Below, piece by piece: positions 10,170-20,328 of a stretch of DNA of 47,772 bases. This DNA is from an uncultured candidate division Zixibacteria bacterium (GTDB lineage: Bacteria > Zixibacteria > MSB-5A5 > GN15 > FEB-12). The stretch is from NCBI GenBank assembly GCA_937900185.1, contig CALCCW010000295.1, forward strand, positions 1 to 47,772. The letters are read 5' to 3'. A program made the position numbers and the translations under genes. Position 1 is the first letter of the stretch, and each line of letters begins with the position of its first letter. The notes beneath the pieces are model-generated. The model saw only the letters and a program-made list of their open reading frames with translations. It had not been told where the DNA came from and searched no databases.

Positions 10170-11741
10170 TTAATGACATTCGGTACAAACCGAGTCGTTT
10201 ATTTTTGTTTTACCATGTTCCGTTAAAGAATGACAACTGGAACAAGCAAGCTCCATATCCGCTGCATGTAATTCATGAGGAAGTTCAGTATCATCATATT
10301 TTACAACTTCAGGAAAGAACGCATTTCCATGACAGAAAACTTGACAATTTTTCTCAGGAGACAAAGCATCTCCTCGAAAAGGCGTTTGATATGATTTATT
10401 AATCTTTTTCATCGCATTTTCAAATTTATCAGCAGCATGATTTAATATATGAGTGGAATACTTAATGTTGTGAACCATGTGTCCCTCAGAAACAAGATTG
10501 AAATCTTCTTTCATCTTTGTATATTCCGACTGAACTAAACGTCTTTGTTTTTTTGAACCGCCGATAGTTTTAAAATCAGCATAACTTTTTTTCATATAGG
10601 TTTTATAATCTTTCATTGCAAGTTTTTCACCTGATTTCCAATTATCAAACATAAGATCATAATTCTCACCATGGCAGGTAACGCAAGATTTACGAGATGC
10701 TTCTTTCTTCTCTTGGTGAGCCATAACCTCACCCTCAGCAGTTATATGAGTGTGACATCCTGTACAGCTGACTTGTGCTTGAAACATTGCCGACGGCATA
10801 TCGTGTAGTTTATCTGAACTGCCTATACCCATATAGAGCTGTTTCGGTTTATTATGCTGTCTGAGATGACAGTTCTCACATTGAATTTCTAAAGCACCAA
10901 CCATTTTATAATTACCATGTTTGATAAGATCATGACATTTCTGGCAATTGATTCCGGCATTTGTTACATGTATGTCATGCAGCTCAGCTTTAGTATAATC
11001 CTTTCGAAATCTTTCTACATGACAAGAATAGCATTTTCCTTCAGGAACAGAAGCATCGCCTTGTACAATTTTAATGTGACATTGCTTGCACTCAACCCCC
11101 AACTCAAGATAAGGTTCATGATTAAACATAAATCCGTCATGTTCAACTGCTGTTTTTGGATTACCATGACAGGAATAACAACCGGTAATAGCTTCTCCCT
11201 CACCGGCATCTTTAAAATGACAGACAAAACATGTTTGCTCATTTACTTTCATGTGTGTTAACGACTCATCATCTTGTTGAGACATTTGGTTATGACACGA
11301 CGTACAATGAAGTTTACCGCTCCTTAAAACTTTGTTAAGATGGGTGCTGTGTTGAAAGAAAATATTTTCTTTGTATTTTAACCCTTTGTCAAGCGACTCT
11401 TCATCGTGACAATCAGCAGCCAAACAGTTTTCATTCATAACTCTCGCCTGAGGTCTTGTATTATACGTTTCTGTTGCATATTTAATAGATGAAAGAATCA
11501 AGTCACCTCCACTATACTCATGACAGGCAACACAATCAACACCAGAATGTTTTGATGCCTGCCAATGACGTACATACGGGTCCATATAATGACAAGAATC
11601 ACAAAATTCGGAGTTTGTTGTTTCATACGAAGCAAAAGAATATAAGACAACCAATATAATAATAATGAAGCCTATAAAAACAAATAATCCTTTAATATTT
11701 TGCTTTAAGAGAGTTCCAAAATCTTTCAATAATTTCGTCAT
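10170..11741 (-). CDS. Membrane-anchored multiheme cytochrome c with NapC/NirT-like N-terminus (13 CXXCH, 1 CX4CH, 1 CX3CH)
   Basis: N-terminal TM; FCDSCHYM and CVACH NapC-like start; motifs counted in the translation. Confidence 0.85.
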   Translation of the reverse strand: MTKLLKDFGTLLKQNIKGLFVFIGFIIIILVVLYSFASYETTNSEFCDSCHYMDPYVRHWQASKHSGVDCVACHEYSGGDLILSSIKYATETYNTRPQARVMNENCLAADCHDEESLDKGLKYKENIFFQHSTHLNKVLRSGKLHCTSCHNQMSQQDDESLTHMKVNEQTCFVCHFKDAGEGEAITGCYSCHGNPKTAVEHDGFMFNHEPYLELGVECKQCHIKIVQGDASVPEGKCYSCHVERFRKDYTKAELHDIHVTNAGINCQKCHDLIKHGNYKMVGALEIQCENCHLRQHNKPKQLYMGIGSSDKLHDMPSAMFQAQVSCTGCHTHITAEGEVMAHQEKKEASRKSCVTCHGENYDLMFDNWKSGEKLAMKDYKTYMKKSYADFKTIGGSKKQRRLVQSEYTKMKEDFNLVSEGHMVHNIKYSTHILNHAADKFENAMKKINKSYQTPFRGDALSPEKNCQVFCHGNAFFPEVVKYDDTELPHELHAADMELACSSCHSLTEHGKTKINDSVCTECH

Positions 11742-12685
11742 GAGTTGTCCTCCACATCATCGTTTTCGGACTGCTTTATAATATCAACGGATTCTTCTTT
11801 AATGATAGCCTCATATTCCAAAGGATGGTGATGTTTCATTTCAGTTTCGGTTAACTGTCCATGCCACCAAGTCCAACTCATCGGGAAAACCTCGGGGTTG
11901 AAATGAACATTATAAAAATGCCAGATAACAATCGACAAAGTAGCTAAAAGTCCTTCATCGGAATGCATCTCACGTCCAACATCATAAAAATATTTTGGGA
12001 AGAATTCTTTATACCACATAATAGCACCGGAGCCAATCATAATAACCATGCCCCAATAAACTGCCCAATAATCAAATTTTTCAATAAAAGAAAACCGTCC
12101 AAATTTTGGACCGCTTTTTGATTTACCTATATAATACTTTATAGTACCCATGAAATCTGCGGCATCTTTTAAATTTGGAATCATCAGGAAAAAATCTCTT
12201 CGTCCAATTTTTGAAGCAACAGAGTAGCCCAAATGCCATACTCCTACAATTATTAAGCCAACTGCTCCGATACGATGTATTAGAGTAGAATTTTGAAGCC
12301 CGCCAAATAGGTCTATGACTATAAATTTTGATATTGCAAATTCAGGAAATTTTAAAGGCATACCGGTAATTATAAGAATAATAACTGATACAAACATAAG
12401 CATGTGCTGGTATCTAAAGTTTTTACCAAACCGTTCAAAGTTTCTTTCAGGTCGCTCTTCAGGATACATTTCACTCAAAGATTGCGGGTGAAGTTTTGTA
12501 ACTGCTTCATTGAGTAGACTTGACGATTCATATTGCAGTCTTTCAGTCACTTCTGTTGATATCTCATTTATTTGCTCACTGGTGGGTTCAATTTTTACAA
12601 TATCAACAGCAGATTTAATAATATTATCAGATAAGCCTTTTATGTAAGCTTCTCTTTTATCAAGATTTGTTTTCTTGTTACTCAT
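11738..12685 (-). CDS. Cytochrome b subunit (FdnI/CbcL b-domain-like)
   Basis: YQH, IHRIGA, EKFDYWAVYWG, MHSDEGLLA and WHFY; stop overlaps the next start (ATGA). Confidence 0.85.
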   Translation of the reverse strand: MSNKKTNLDKREAYIKGLSDNIIKSAVDIVKIEPTSEQINEISTEVTERLQYESSSLLNEAVTKLHPQSLSEMYPEERPERNFERFGKNFRYQHMLMFVSVIILIITGMPLKFPEFAISKFIVIDLFGGLQNSTLIHRIGAVGLIIVGVWHLGYSVASKIGRRDFFLMIPNLKDAADFMGTIKYYIGKSKSGPKFGRFSFIEKFDYWAVYWGMVIMIGSGAIMWYKEFFPKYFYDVGREMHSDEGLLATLSIVIWHFYNVHFNPEVFPMSWTWWHGQLTETEMKHHHPLEYEAIIKEESVDIIKQSENDDVEDNS

Positions 12686-12692
12686 CTGTCAG

Positions 12693-13742
12693 TTACCTTT
12701 TTGTTCTTGCATTTTTTGCTCGGCGGAATAAGTCCATAATGATAAAAGCAAACAGTCCAAGAAGAACTGATACTGTTAATATTACAAATGCTTTTGAAAT
12801 ATAATATATAATTCCCGAATCTTCACTTTTCGGATTTATATGAATTTGCTGTCCTGATGAAAATTCCGCTGAAGCTCCGGGATGACAACCTTTTTTACCA
12901 CATGTCTTAGGAATATTATCAGGATAAACCGAAGATTTAGGATCGTCCTCACCACGAATATCATGATAGTCATGACAGGATGCACAATTTGCAACAGTTT
13001 TGCTGCCCATCTGCTGACCAATGCCGTGAAACGATTCTTCAAATGTTTCAACTCTATCAGTTTTTACATTATATTTATTCACTACTCCCTGCGGACCATG
13101 ACACTCGGTACATGTTTCAGATATCCTTTCATCAGAAACTCGGGATTCAGCATTATCGTGTTGTTTTATATCATGTTCTCCATGACAACTTGTACAGGTT
13201 GGGGCATCTTTAATTCCATCAGCAACTGCCCTCCCATGAGTTGACTCTTTATATACAGCATATATTTCAATATGACATGAACCGCATGTTTTTGGAATGT
13301 TTTGCCAATAGAATTTTGATTCTATTGTTTTATGTGAAAACACATCATGTCCACCATGACAATCCTGACAAACAGGAGCTTTTTCATTTCCGGCAAGAAC
13401 TGCCATTCCATGTACCGAATGTTCATATTGGTCATACATCTGTCCGTCAGGGGCTCCGACCTGATTCCCTGAATAATGACATCGGCGGCAGTTAACTTTT
13501 TTAACTGCTTTATGTGGAATTTCGTTTATATCAGAATGACAATCAGTACAATCTTTATTATAGTGAACTGAACGGGCAATAATTGATTCATCAACATATA
13601 ATGGAATTTTCCGACCGGTTTCTTCAGAACGGTGAATTTCCTTTTTGCTGTGACATATCTGACATTTCTCTAATGCATATAAATCTGATGAACTACCGCA
13701 TAGAAGAAAAAAAACTAAGACTATATAACTTAACCGATTCAT
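12693..13742 (-). CDS. Multiheme cytochrome c (8 CXXCH, 1 CX4CH) with C-terminal anchor
   Basis: Signal peptide, heme motifs, C-terminal TM; paralogous to the c-domain of 8206..10140. Confidence 0.88.
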   Translation of the reverse strand: MNRLSYIVLVFFLLCGSSSDLYALEKCQICHSKKEIHRSEETGRKIPLYVDESIIARSVHYNKDCTDCHSDINEIPHKAVKKVNCRRCHYSGNQVGAPDGQMYDQYEHSVHGMAVLAGNEKAPVCQDCHGGHDVFSHKTIESKFYWQNIPKTCGSCHIEIYAVYKESTHGRAVADGIKDAPTCTSCHGEHDIKQHDNAESRVSDERISETCTECHGPQGVVNKYNVKTDRVETFEESFHGIGQQMGSKTVANCASCHDYHDIRGEDDPKSSVYPDNIPKTCGKKGCHPGASAEFSSGQQIHINPKSEDSGIIYYISKAFVILTVSVLLGLFAFIIMDLFRRAKNARTKR

Positions 13743-13746
13743 TTAC

Positions 13747-14559
13747 TTACTCCACCCTTTTAACTCGACGCTTGTATTCCAAAATGCGATAGAGAACAAA
13801 AGCAATTATAATAATTGTAATAAAGAAAATATAGAACTTCCGCACAAAAAACCGTCCGCCGGACTCTTTTGTCGTTGCTGAAGTATGAATAGTTCCATGA
13901 GCAAAATCCGGAGGTAAATCTGTATGACATTTGCCGCAAGTTGCTTCTATATTATCTTTGTAAATCAATGACTTAGGATTATCCTGTGGATAGATATTAT
14001 GTACTCCATGACAAGAAGCACAATTAGCTACTGATGATTCACCAAACTCATTTGCGATACCATGAAAAGATTCTTTAAAGGTTGCTATTCTATCTGCTTT
14101 TAATCCAAATTTTCCAACAATTCTTTCTGATGCGTGGCATGCTGAACACGTTTTAGGCACATTTGTAGAATACACATTTGATTCAGGATTAAGATGAGAC
14201 ATAATATTATGTCCACCATGACAATCAGTACAATCAGGAGATTCTTTAATACCATTTTGTAAAGCAACACCATGAACAGATTCTTCATAAATTTTATATA
14301 TATCTTCATGGCAGGAACTACAATCAACATCTGTTTGAAATGCATGTTTTTCTTGAGCATTTATATCATGACAATCAGTACAATATAACTTTTTATGAAC
14401 CGAATTGTTGATAATTGAAGAATCTACGTGGATTGTTGTTTCATTTGCTTGTTCGCCAATTGCTGAATGACACCTTAAACATGCAGAATCATCGGCTAAA
14501 ACAAATGTAGCAGAAAACATAAAAATAATGAAAATAATATACTTCATATTTACACCCAA
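13747..14559 (-). CDS. Heptaheme cytochrome c with C-terminal anchor
   Basis: Signal peptide, 7 CXXCH, C-terminal TM; start may be the internal ATG (MKYIIF). Confidence 0.88.
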   Translation of the reverse strand: MGVNMKYIIFIIFMFSATFVLADDSACLRCHSAIGEQANETTIHVDSSIINNSVHKKLYCTDCHDINAQEKHAFQTDVDCSSCHEDIYKIYEESVHGVALQNGIKESPDCTDCHGGHNIMSHLNPESNVYSTNVPKTCSACHASERIVGKFGLKADRIATFKESFHGIANEFGESSVANCASCHGVHNIYPQDNPKSLIYKDNIEATCGKCHTDLPPDFAHGTIHTSATTKESGGRFFVRKFYIFFITIIIIAFVLYRILEYKRRVKRVE

Positions 14560-14728
14560 ATTCTATTGAAGCGTTGTCTCTATTACAGGATGACAACTAA
14601 CCTCTTTATTGTACACTAACTTCTCTTTATTACTTGGGATAATATATGTAAATATTCACTAACAGCAAGTTATATTTTTCACAAAGAGAGAAAAAAATAT
14701 CTTCTTTCGATATATCGCTCTAAACAGG

Positions 14729-16246
14729 TTAGTAACCTGATTCAGGAGTATGACATTCAGTACAATTCATCTCTTTCCATGCACCGTCAATATCTTCAGG
14801 ATGCTTGAATTCAACCCCGGATAAGTTATGCTCTAATTCAGCAACATCCTCCGAAGGTCCTTGTGCCACGATAAGATGACAAGTTGTACATTTGTTGGAA
14901 AGTTTTTTTCCATATTGATTTTTCATTGCTCCGTCATGACATCTAAAACAGCCGTCATTCACAAAATGAGTCAAATTATTCTGTCTGTCTCGATAGTCAG
15001 TTTTCATTTCAGGGAAGAAATTTTGTTCATATATTTGTATAAGTTCTTTTACAGCTTGTATAATAAGAGGTCTTTTTTCATTTGCAATATCAGGGTATTC
15101 ATTTTCATAATATGCAACTAATTTTGTACGAATTGAATCAATCGCTTCCGGTTTGGTCTTATATTCTGCGTTTAGCAATTCAAGTCCAACCTCACGGATA
15201 GATTTCAATTCCGGTGATATCCGTCTGGTAGAAATTGCTAAATTAAGAAGTTTTGCCGGAGGATTAAACTTATGAGATGGTCTGTTATGACAATCCATAC
15301 AATCAAATCTCCGAATTTCCGTCAATGGATTTGAAAAATCAGGCTGTTTTTCGTCTGGGTCAGTATATATGAGAGTATCGCCGGTTTCGTTATTGATAAT
15401 TCTCACCCAGTTGATTTCATCTCGTTTGTAATCATTGGCTACATAATCAACTGTAGAACCTAACATGTGCCAGTGAATTCCCTCAAGTTTACCGGTTCTT
15501 GGATTTCCCCCGCCTATTTTAACCAACATTTTGATAGTCCAAGGAGTGTTGTCTTCATCCGTTTTATAATATGTATTGGTAATCATTTTTTCACCATAAA
15601 ACTGTTGCGGCCAATGGCATCCTTCACAAGTTTCTTGAGCAGGACGAAGATTATGCACCGGGGTTTGTATCGGTCTGCTGAAAGAGTTGGCTGCCATGGC
15701 ATATAACTGGCGCAAACCGTCAACTTTTGCTTTCACATAAAAAGATGCCCCCGGTCCGATATGACATTCAACACAAGGAACACGGGCATGAGCAGAATTT
15801 TGATACGTGATAAATTGCGGCGACATAACTTCGTGACATGTTTCTCCGCAAAAATTTACTGAATCGGTAGCCTCGTATGCTTTGGTGCCGGAATAAATGA
15901 CTAGAATAATAAGCACACCTAATACACCCAAAAAGATACCAATATTACGAATATAGTGAGGATCGGTTGTGTCAAAAGTAAGATTAAATGAAAATTTTTC
16001 ACCTTTTGCTTTTGCTTTGCTAACCTGTCGCCATACTGAAACCATAAAGAGAGCAAAACCAAGTACAGCAAACATTGGAGCAATTACAAAAGTGACCAAA
16101 GAACGGTATGGGTTTTCTGTTGCTCCACCAGTTAAGTCAATTAATAACAATACAAAAAAGAGCAGTAAACCTGCAACAAACAAAGCAGCACCTATGCCGC
16201 CTAATGGGTTTCTTAATAAAGATCGTTTTCTTATTTTAGACATCAT
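14729..16246 (-). CDS. ImcH-like NapC/NirT-family heptaheme inner-membrane cytochrome
   Basis: Three N-terminal TM helices, 6 CXXCH plus CGETCH, and CMDCHNRPSH; ~500 aa, matching the Geobacter ImcH architecture as recalled. Confidence 0.78.
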   Translation of the reverse strand: MMSKIRKRSLLRNPLGGIGAALFVAGLLLFFVLLLIDLTGGATENPYRSLVTFVIAPMFAVLGFALFMVSVWRQVSKAKAKGEKFSFNLTFDTTDPHYIRNIGIFLGVLGVLIILVIYSGTKAYEATDSVNFCGETCHEVMSPQFITYQNSAHARVPCVECHIGPGASFYVKAKVDGLRQLYAMAANSFSRPIQTPVHNLRPAQETCEGCHWPQQFYGEKMITNTYYKTDEDNTPWTIKMLVKIGGGNPRTGKLEGIHWHMLGSTVDYVANDYKRDEINWVRIINNETGDTLIYTDPDEKQPDFSNPLTEIRRFDCMDCHNRPSHKFNPPAKLLNLAISTRRISPELKSIREVGLELLNAEYKTKPEAIDSIRTKLVAYYENEYPDIANEKRPLIIQAVKELIQIYEQNFFPEMKTDYRDRQNNLTHFVNDGCFRCHDGAMKNQYGKKLSNKCTTCHLIVAQGPSEDVAELEHNLSGVEFKHPEDIDGAWKEMNCTECHTPESGY

Positions 16247-16351
16247 AATTCTATATCCTTAATCATAATTATGTCAAACAAAGTTCATATTCATAGTTAG
16301 TGTGGATTAGTATATATGAAAAACAGAACAAAACAAGTACTTTTTTTCACA

Positions 16352-16381
16352 AAGCCGCAACGTCATACGACGTTGCGGCTT
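16352..16381. terminator. Perfect 13-bp hairpin between the porin and ImcH-like genes
   Basis: AAGCCGCAACGTC-ATAC-GACGTTGCGGCTT. Confidence 0.6.
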
Positions 16382-16461
16382 ATAAGAGAAGCAATAACAA
16401 AAAGGAGGGTCTTTTTGTAGTATATATGAAGCTGATTTTTTACAAAATCAGCCCTACATTT

Positions 16462-18642
16462 CTAAAACTGTACTTTAAATCCGGATCGTACCATATAAAA
16501 TGAACCGGATTCATTACCAAACACATACCCTTGGTCATCTGTTAAATCAGCATATTCGCCGTCCAATGTAAAGGTTACTGTTGGTGATACTTTATAACTT
16601 AAACCTCCGTTAAGTTTCAAAAGAGTATAATCTAAATCTGAATAACTGTTTAAGTTTGTAAAGTCATAATCCATATTATCAACCAAATCTCCACCTGTTT
16701 GGGCAGAAATAGCTGCTAAATCTGGCATCTGGACTTTATCTAAAGCTGATTCAGCTTTATTCCAGGTTACTGTACCAAACAAATTTAATTTAGCTGATGC
16801 TGCATAACTCATTGAAGCAAACAGATTGTGAACTTTACTTTCATAATCAGTCATAGCATAGATTGAACCATAATGTCGAGCGTCGCCACCGGCGTCGCGA
16901 TATATATGACCACCTCAGCCATCCATCAATGCAACCGTCACAGGAAGTCGTGATTTATCATAGTTATATGAATATCCGGCTTGTATTGAGAAAAGATTAT
17001 CCGGTGTATACTGCAAAGAAACTGATGGAATAAATGATGTATGTTTAACATCTAAGGAATCAAGATCATCGTTCTTGTCAAAATTTCCTTTTACTCCAAA
17101 GGTAGTAGAAAATTTCATATTAGGATTATAACTCATATTCCAATTAAATGAGAACACTTGAGTTGGCATAGTAGTTATATTCTGATACCGTAAACCTTCA
17201 CGTTGGAAATAAAATACCCAATTAGAAGTCGGGACCAATGGTCTCAAAGCAGTACCATTTGCTTCAAATATTCCTTTAGCGGAAATAAATGGATCGGTAA
17301 TTTTTTCAAACCGAACTTTTAAGGATGAACGTAATGATAAGTTTTTACGATATCTAAACTTACCTTGTGCATAGAATTTTTTAGTCGAAGTACCATCATC
17401 ATGAATCGGATAATCATCGCGATTGACAATATTATAACCGACTAAACCGGCAACAGTCAAATTTGAATTCATCCGTTTAATCAGTTCAGCAGACATATTT
17501 GCATTTGTTCTGTTGAGTGCTGAATAACGGGTAAAATCAAAATTATATGAATTGCCGTCTGCGGCACCTTCTCTAAATGTCGGAAGGTCAATATAGATTG
17601 AATCCGAATCATATTTTGAAACAGCAACTTTTGCAATCAATTTTGTTTTTGAATCCAAAAATGTTGCATAATTGAACGCACTCGAATAAGAGTTACTTTT
17701 TAACGATGTAAACTTATTCTCAACAGATGCATATCCTAAAACTCCTGCTAAATATCCTTGACCAAAATTTCTTTTAAACTTAACTTTGTGAGACATTTTT
17801 TCAGTTTTTGGAACAACAGAAAATTCGGCATCTACATCTTCATAAATAAGACGTGAACCAAATTCTCCACCGGCAGTACCTTTTGTGGGATGTACCGCAT
17901 CATCATAGTACGCCATTGACGCTTGATTTTTTGGATCATACAGCCTGTAACCAAACTGATAGCCAATATCAAATTTATTTATATCAGCATCTATACCAAC
18001 TTCAAATTGATGCTGCGTGTTGTTTACTTTACCTTCCATTGATGTCAAGTGACAGCTAAAACAATGATCAGATGATATTTTCTGTTCTGTTCCGGTTTTT
18101 AATATCATTCTATGGGTAGCATTCAACCGAACATTATTTTTTTCAGATAATAAGATTGAAAACTGAGATAATAATTCCTGACGATATGTATTATAGTCAG
18201 CATTAGGGTCTTGAATCTCATGAGTCAGTATTTTACCGCCCTGAGTACCGGTTTCAGGGAAATATTCACGACCTTCCATATTCGTTAAAAGGTCCTGCCC
18301 TTCCTGTTTTAATAATGAACGATACTGAACAGATAATTTATACTTATTTGAAATAGTAGAGCTTAATTTCGCATAGGCATTTTTGTTATCGTAATAGTGA
18401 CCTAAAAAACGAAGAATAGAGTTTGGTCCGCTCGAAAGATAGTTTAATTTAAACTCCGGTAGAGTTTCATTTTCACCTTTATTATATTCTCCAACTTTTT
18501 TAGAATAGTCGGTAAAATCTGTATAATGACCGCCAAGCCAAAAAGAATAGCTTTCTGTAGTTGGTCCATCATCGGCTAACACAAAAGAATTTGCCAGAAG
18601 AAGAACAACTAATACAAAAACAAACTTTATCAATAATTTCAT
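16462..18642 (-). CDS. MtrB/PioB-like outer-membrane beta-barrel with one CXXCH; probable selenoprotein (UGA at codon 576, 726 aa)
   Basis: ORFs 16915..18642 and 16462..16854 share a frame and are separated by TGA plus 20 sense codons (MDG*GGHIYRDAGGDARHYGSIYA). The joined protein ends in a beta-signal (GFKVQF) and lies directly downstream of a decaheme gene. Confidence 0.85.
16866..16914 (-). promoter_or_regulatory. Bacterial SECIS-like stem-loop
   Basis: After UGA: GGUCAUA...CGCGACGCC-GGU-GGCGACGC...UAUGGUU. The G-containing apical loop begins 24 nt after UGA; GC-rich patch in an AT-rich gene. Confidence 0.75.
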
Positions 18643-18651
18643 ATTTTGCTC

Positions 18652-19578
18652 CTATCTGGTTAAGGCGTTACCGCCGGTTGAGGTTGTTTGTGACGGCATG
18701 TCAGAACCATGAATTTCAGTATGACACTGCGTACATTTTGTATTAAACCCGCGTTCAAAACTATCAGAAGTAGAAGTACCTGATCTTTCAGGAGCTAAAG
18801 GATCAACAAAAGCACCATCTACACCCACTACTGATGAATGGAAATGCATAGGGTGACAGCTCAAACACAATGTTGGTTCTGATTGTTTTAAAAGATTGTC
18901 AGCAACTGTACCGTGTGGTGAATGACATGTCAAACAGCCTTCCTGTACAGGAGCATGCTCATACACAAACGGACCTTCTTTTTCAGCATGACAACTATAA
19001 CAAAGTTCGGATCCGCTATAGTCCATTGTCAAACGTGCAGGTTCACCATGCACTCCATGACAATCGACACATTCCAATTTGCCCTCACCAATAGGATGGT
19101 GCGACGGCATGGAAAGAGATGCTCTTACATCGGCATGACATTTAAGACAATTTTCCGATGATGACTTAACTGTCGGATTTTCAATACTTGTATGGACAGA
19201 GTGACAGTCCGCACAAGTTAAATCGGCAGAAGCATGTGCTGAAAATTTCCAATTATCAAACTTATGTGATTTGTGACATGTGAGACATAATTCTTTTGCT
19301 CCAAACTGTCCCGAATTTGCCGGATTAATAATTAATGCCGGATCGCCATCTTTAATATGATCAACTGCTGAACCATGACAGGCTTCACAATTTGCATCTT
19401 TCAGACGGTCAATTGAACTAAAATAAATACCGTGTGCTGTATTACTGAACATTTCAGTAACATCATCATGGCACCCGGCACAGACTTCATCTGATACACC
19501 TGCCGAAATCGGCTGTGACATCAAAAGAAGCATTCCCACGAACAAAAGCAGCAGACCGCCGCATGTGGTTTTCTTCAT
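18652..19578 (-). CDS. MtrA/DmsE-family decaheme cytochrome c
   Basis: Signal peptide, exactly 10 CXXCH; PSHHP, GPFVYEHAPV and CTQCH.EIHGSD motifs. Confidence 0.93.
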   Translation of the reverse strand: MKKTTCGGLLLLFVGMLLLMSQPISAGVSDEVCAGCHDDVTEMFSNTAHGIYFSSIDRLKDANCEACHGSAVDHIKDGDPALIINPANSGQFGAKELCLTCHKSHKFDNWKFSAHASADLTCADCHSVHTSIENPTVKSSSENCLKCHADVRASLSMPSHHPIGEGKLECVDCHGVHGEPARLTMDYSGSELCYSCHAEKEGPFVYEHAPVQEGCLTCHSPHGTVADNLLKQSEPTLCLSCHPMHFHSSVVGVDGAFVDPLAPERSGTSTSDSFERGFNTKCTQCHTEIHGSDMPSQTTSTGGNALTR

Positions 19579-19676
19579 TTCTGCTCACCTCATTGTTAAT
19601 TTCATTACCTACCTCCGGTTAGCTGTAACACCAACCTTGTTTATCTTATAATCGCCAAACAAATCCACAAACAAGA

Positions 19677-19704
19677 CTAAGTTAGTTTATATTAACTAAC
19701 TTAG
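19677..19704. promoter_or_regulatory. 11-bp perfect inverted repeat; candidate TetR operator
   Basis: CTAAGTTAGTT-TATATT-AACTAACTTAG; related sites at 20341-20358 and 14645-14663. Confidence 0.55.
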
Positions 19705-19719
19705 AGGATATAAAAAAAA

Positions 19720-20328
19720 TCACTCTTCTATTTTAGTTGTTAAACCTCGAGCATAAATAGGTACATTATTAGCAACCACATCTTCGGGTTTGAAAGTTTT
19801 ACCCTGAAAACCTTTCCAAAGAGTAGTAGATAATGCACAGTCGAACACCATACCGGTAAAACAGCGTGCTGTTATTTCATTATTTTTTTTAATTATTTTT
19901 CCATCTGCATAAAAACGATCAAATTGGGCAACTAAAAATTTAACATAAGAACCACGAATAATCTGATATACTTTTTTTGCTTTATTATGTCCACGCAACG
20001 CTGAGAACAAAAGTAAGCGGTATATATCTTCATTTTTAGTAAAGTAGTGAATAATATGTAAGGCAAATGCTTCTAAAAAGGGTAGAATTTCATCCATTTT
20101 TTCTAACTCTGGAAAAAGTTCATTTGTTCCCAATCGTGACTCTATAGAATCTAATACAGCATTATAAATAGCTTCTTTAGATGCGTAATGTCTGTACAGA
20201 GCAGGTTCTGTAATAGAACATGCCTCAGCCAACTGTTTAATAGTTACCTTATCATATCCCGCATCAGAAAAAAGTCTGGTTGCTTCGTTTAAAATCTGAG
20301 CTTTTCTGTCAAATGAATCTGATCTCAT
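19720..20328 (-). CDS. TetR/AcrR-family regulator
   Basis: ILNEATRLFSDAGYDKVTIKQLAEACSITEPALYRHYASKEAI HTH. Confidence 0.95.
   Translation of the reverse strand: MRSDSFDRKAQILNEATRLFSDAGYDKVTIKQLAEACSITEPALYRHYASKEAIYNAVLDSIESRLGTNELFPELEKMDEILPFLEAFALHIIHYFTKNEDIYRLLLFSALRGHNKAKKVYQIIRGSYVKFLVAQFDRFYADGKIIKKNNEITARCFTGMVFDCALSTTLWKGFQGKTFKPEDVVANNVPIYARGLTTKIEE

Noticed and set aside
11738-11741. TGA read-through fusing cytochrome b to the next cytochrome
   Set aside because: Ordinary ATGA stop/start overlap into another frame
16462-16854. Independent 130-aa gene or porin pseudogene
   Set aside because: It has no signal peptide, is in frame with the upstream ORF, supplies the missing barrel C-terminus and follows a SECIS-like hairpin, so read-through explains it better
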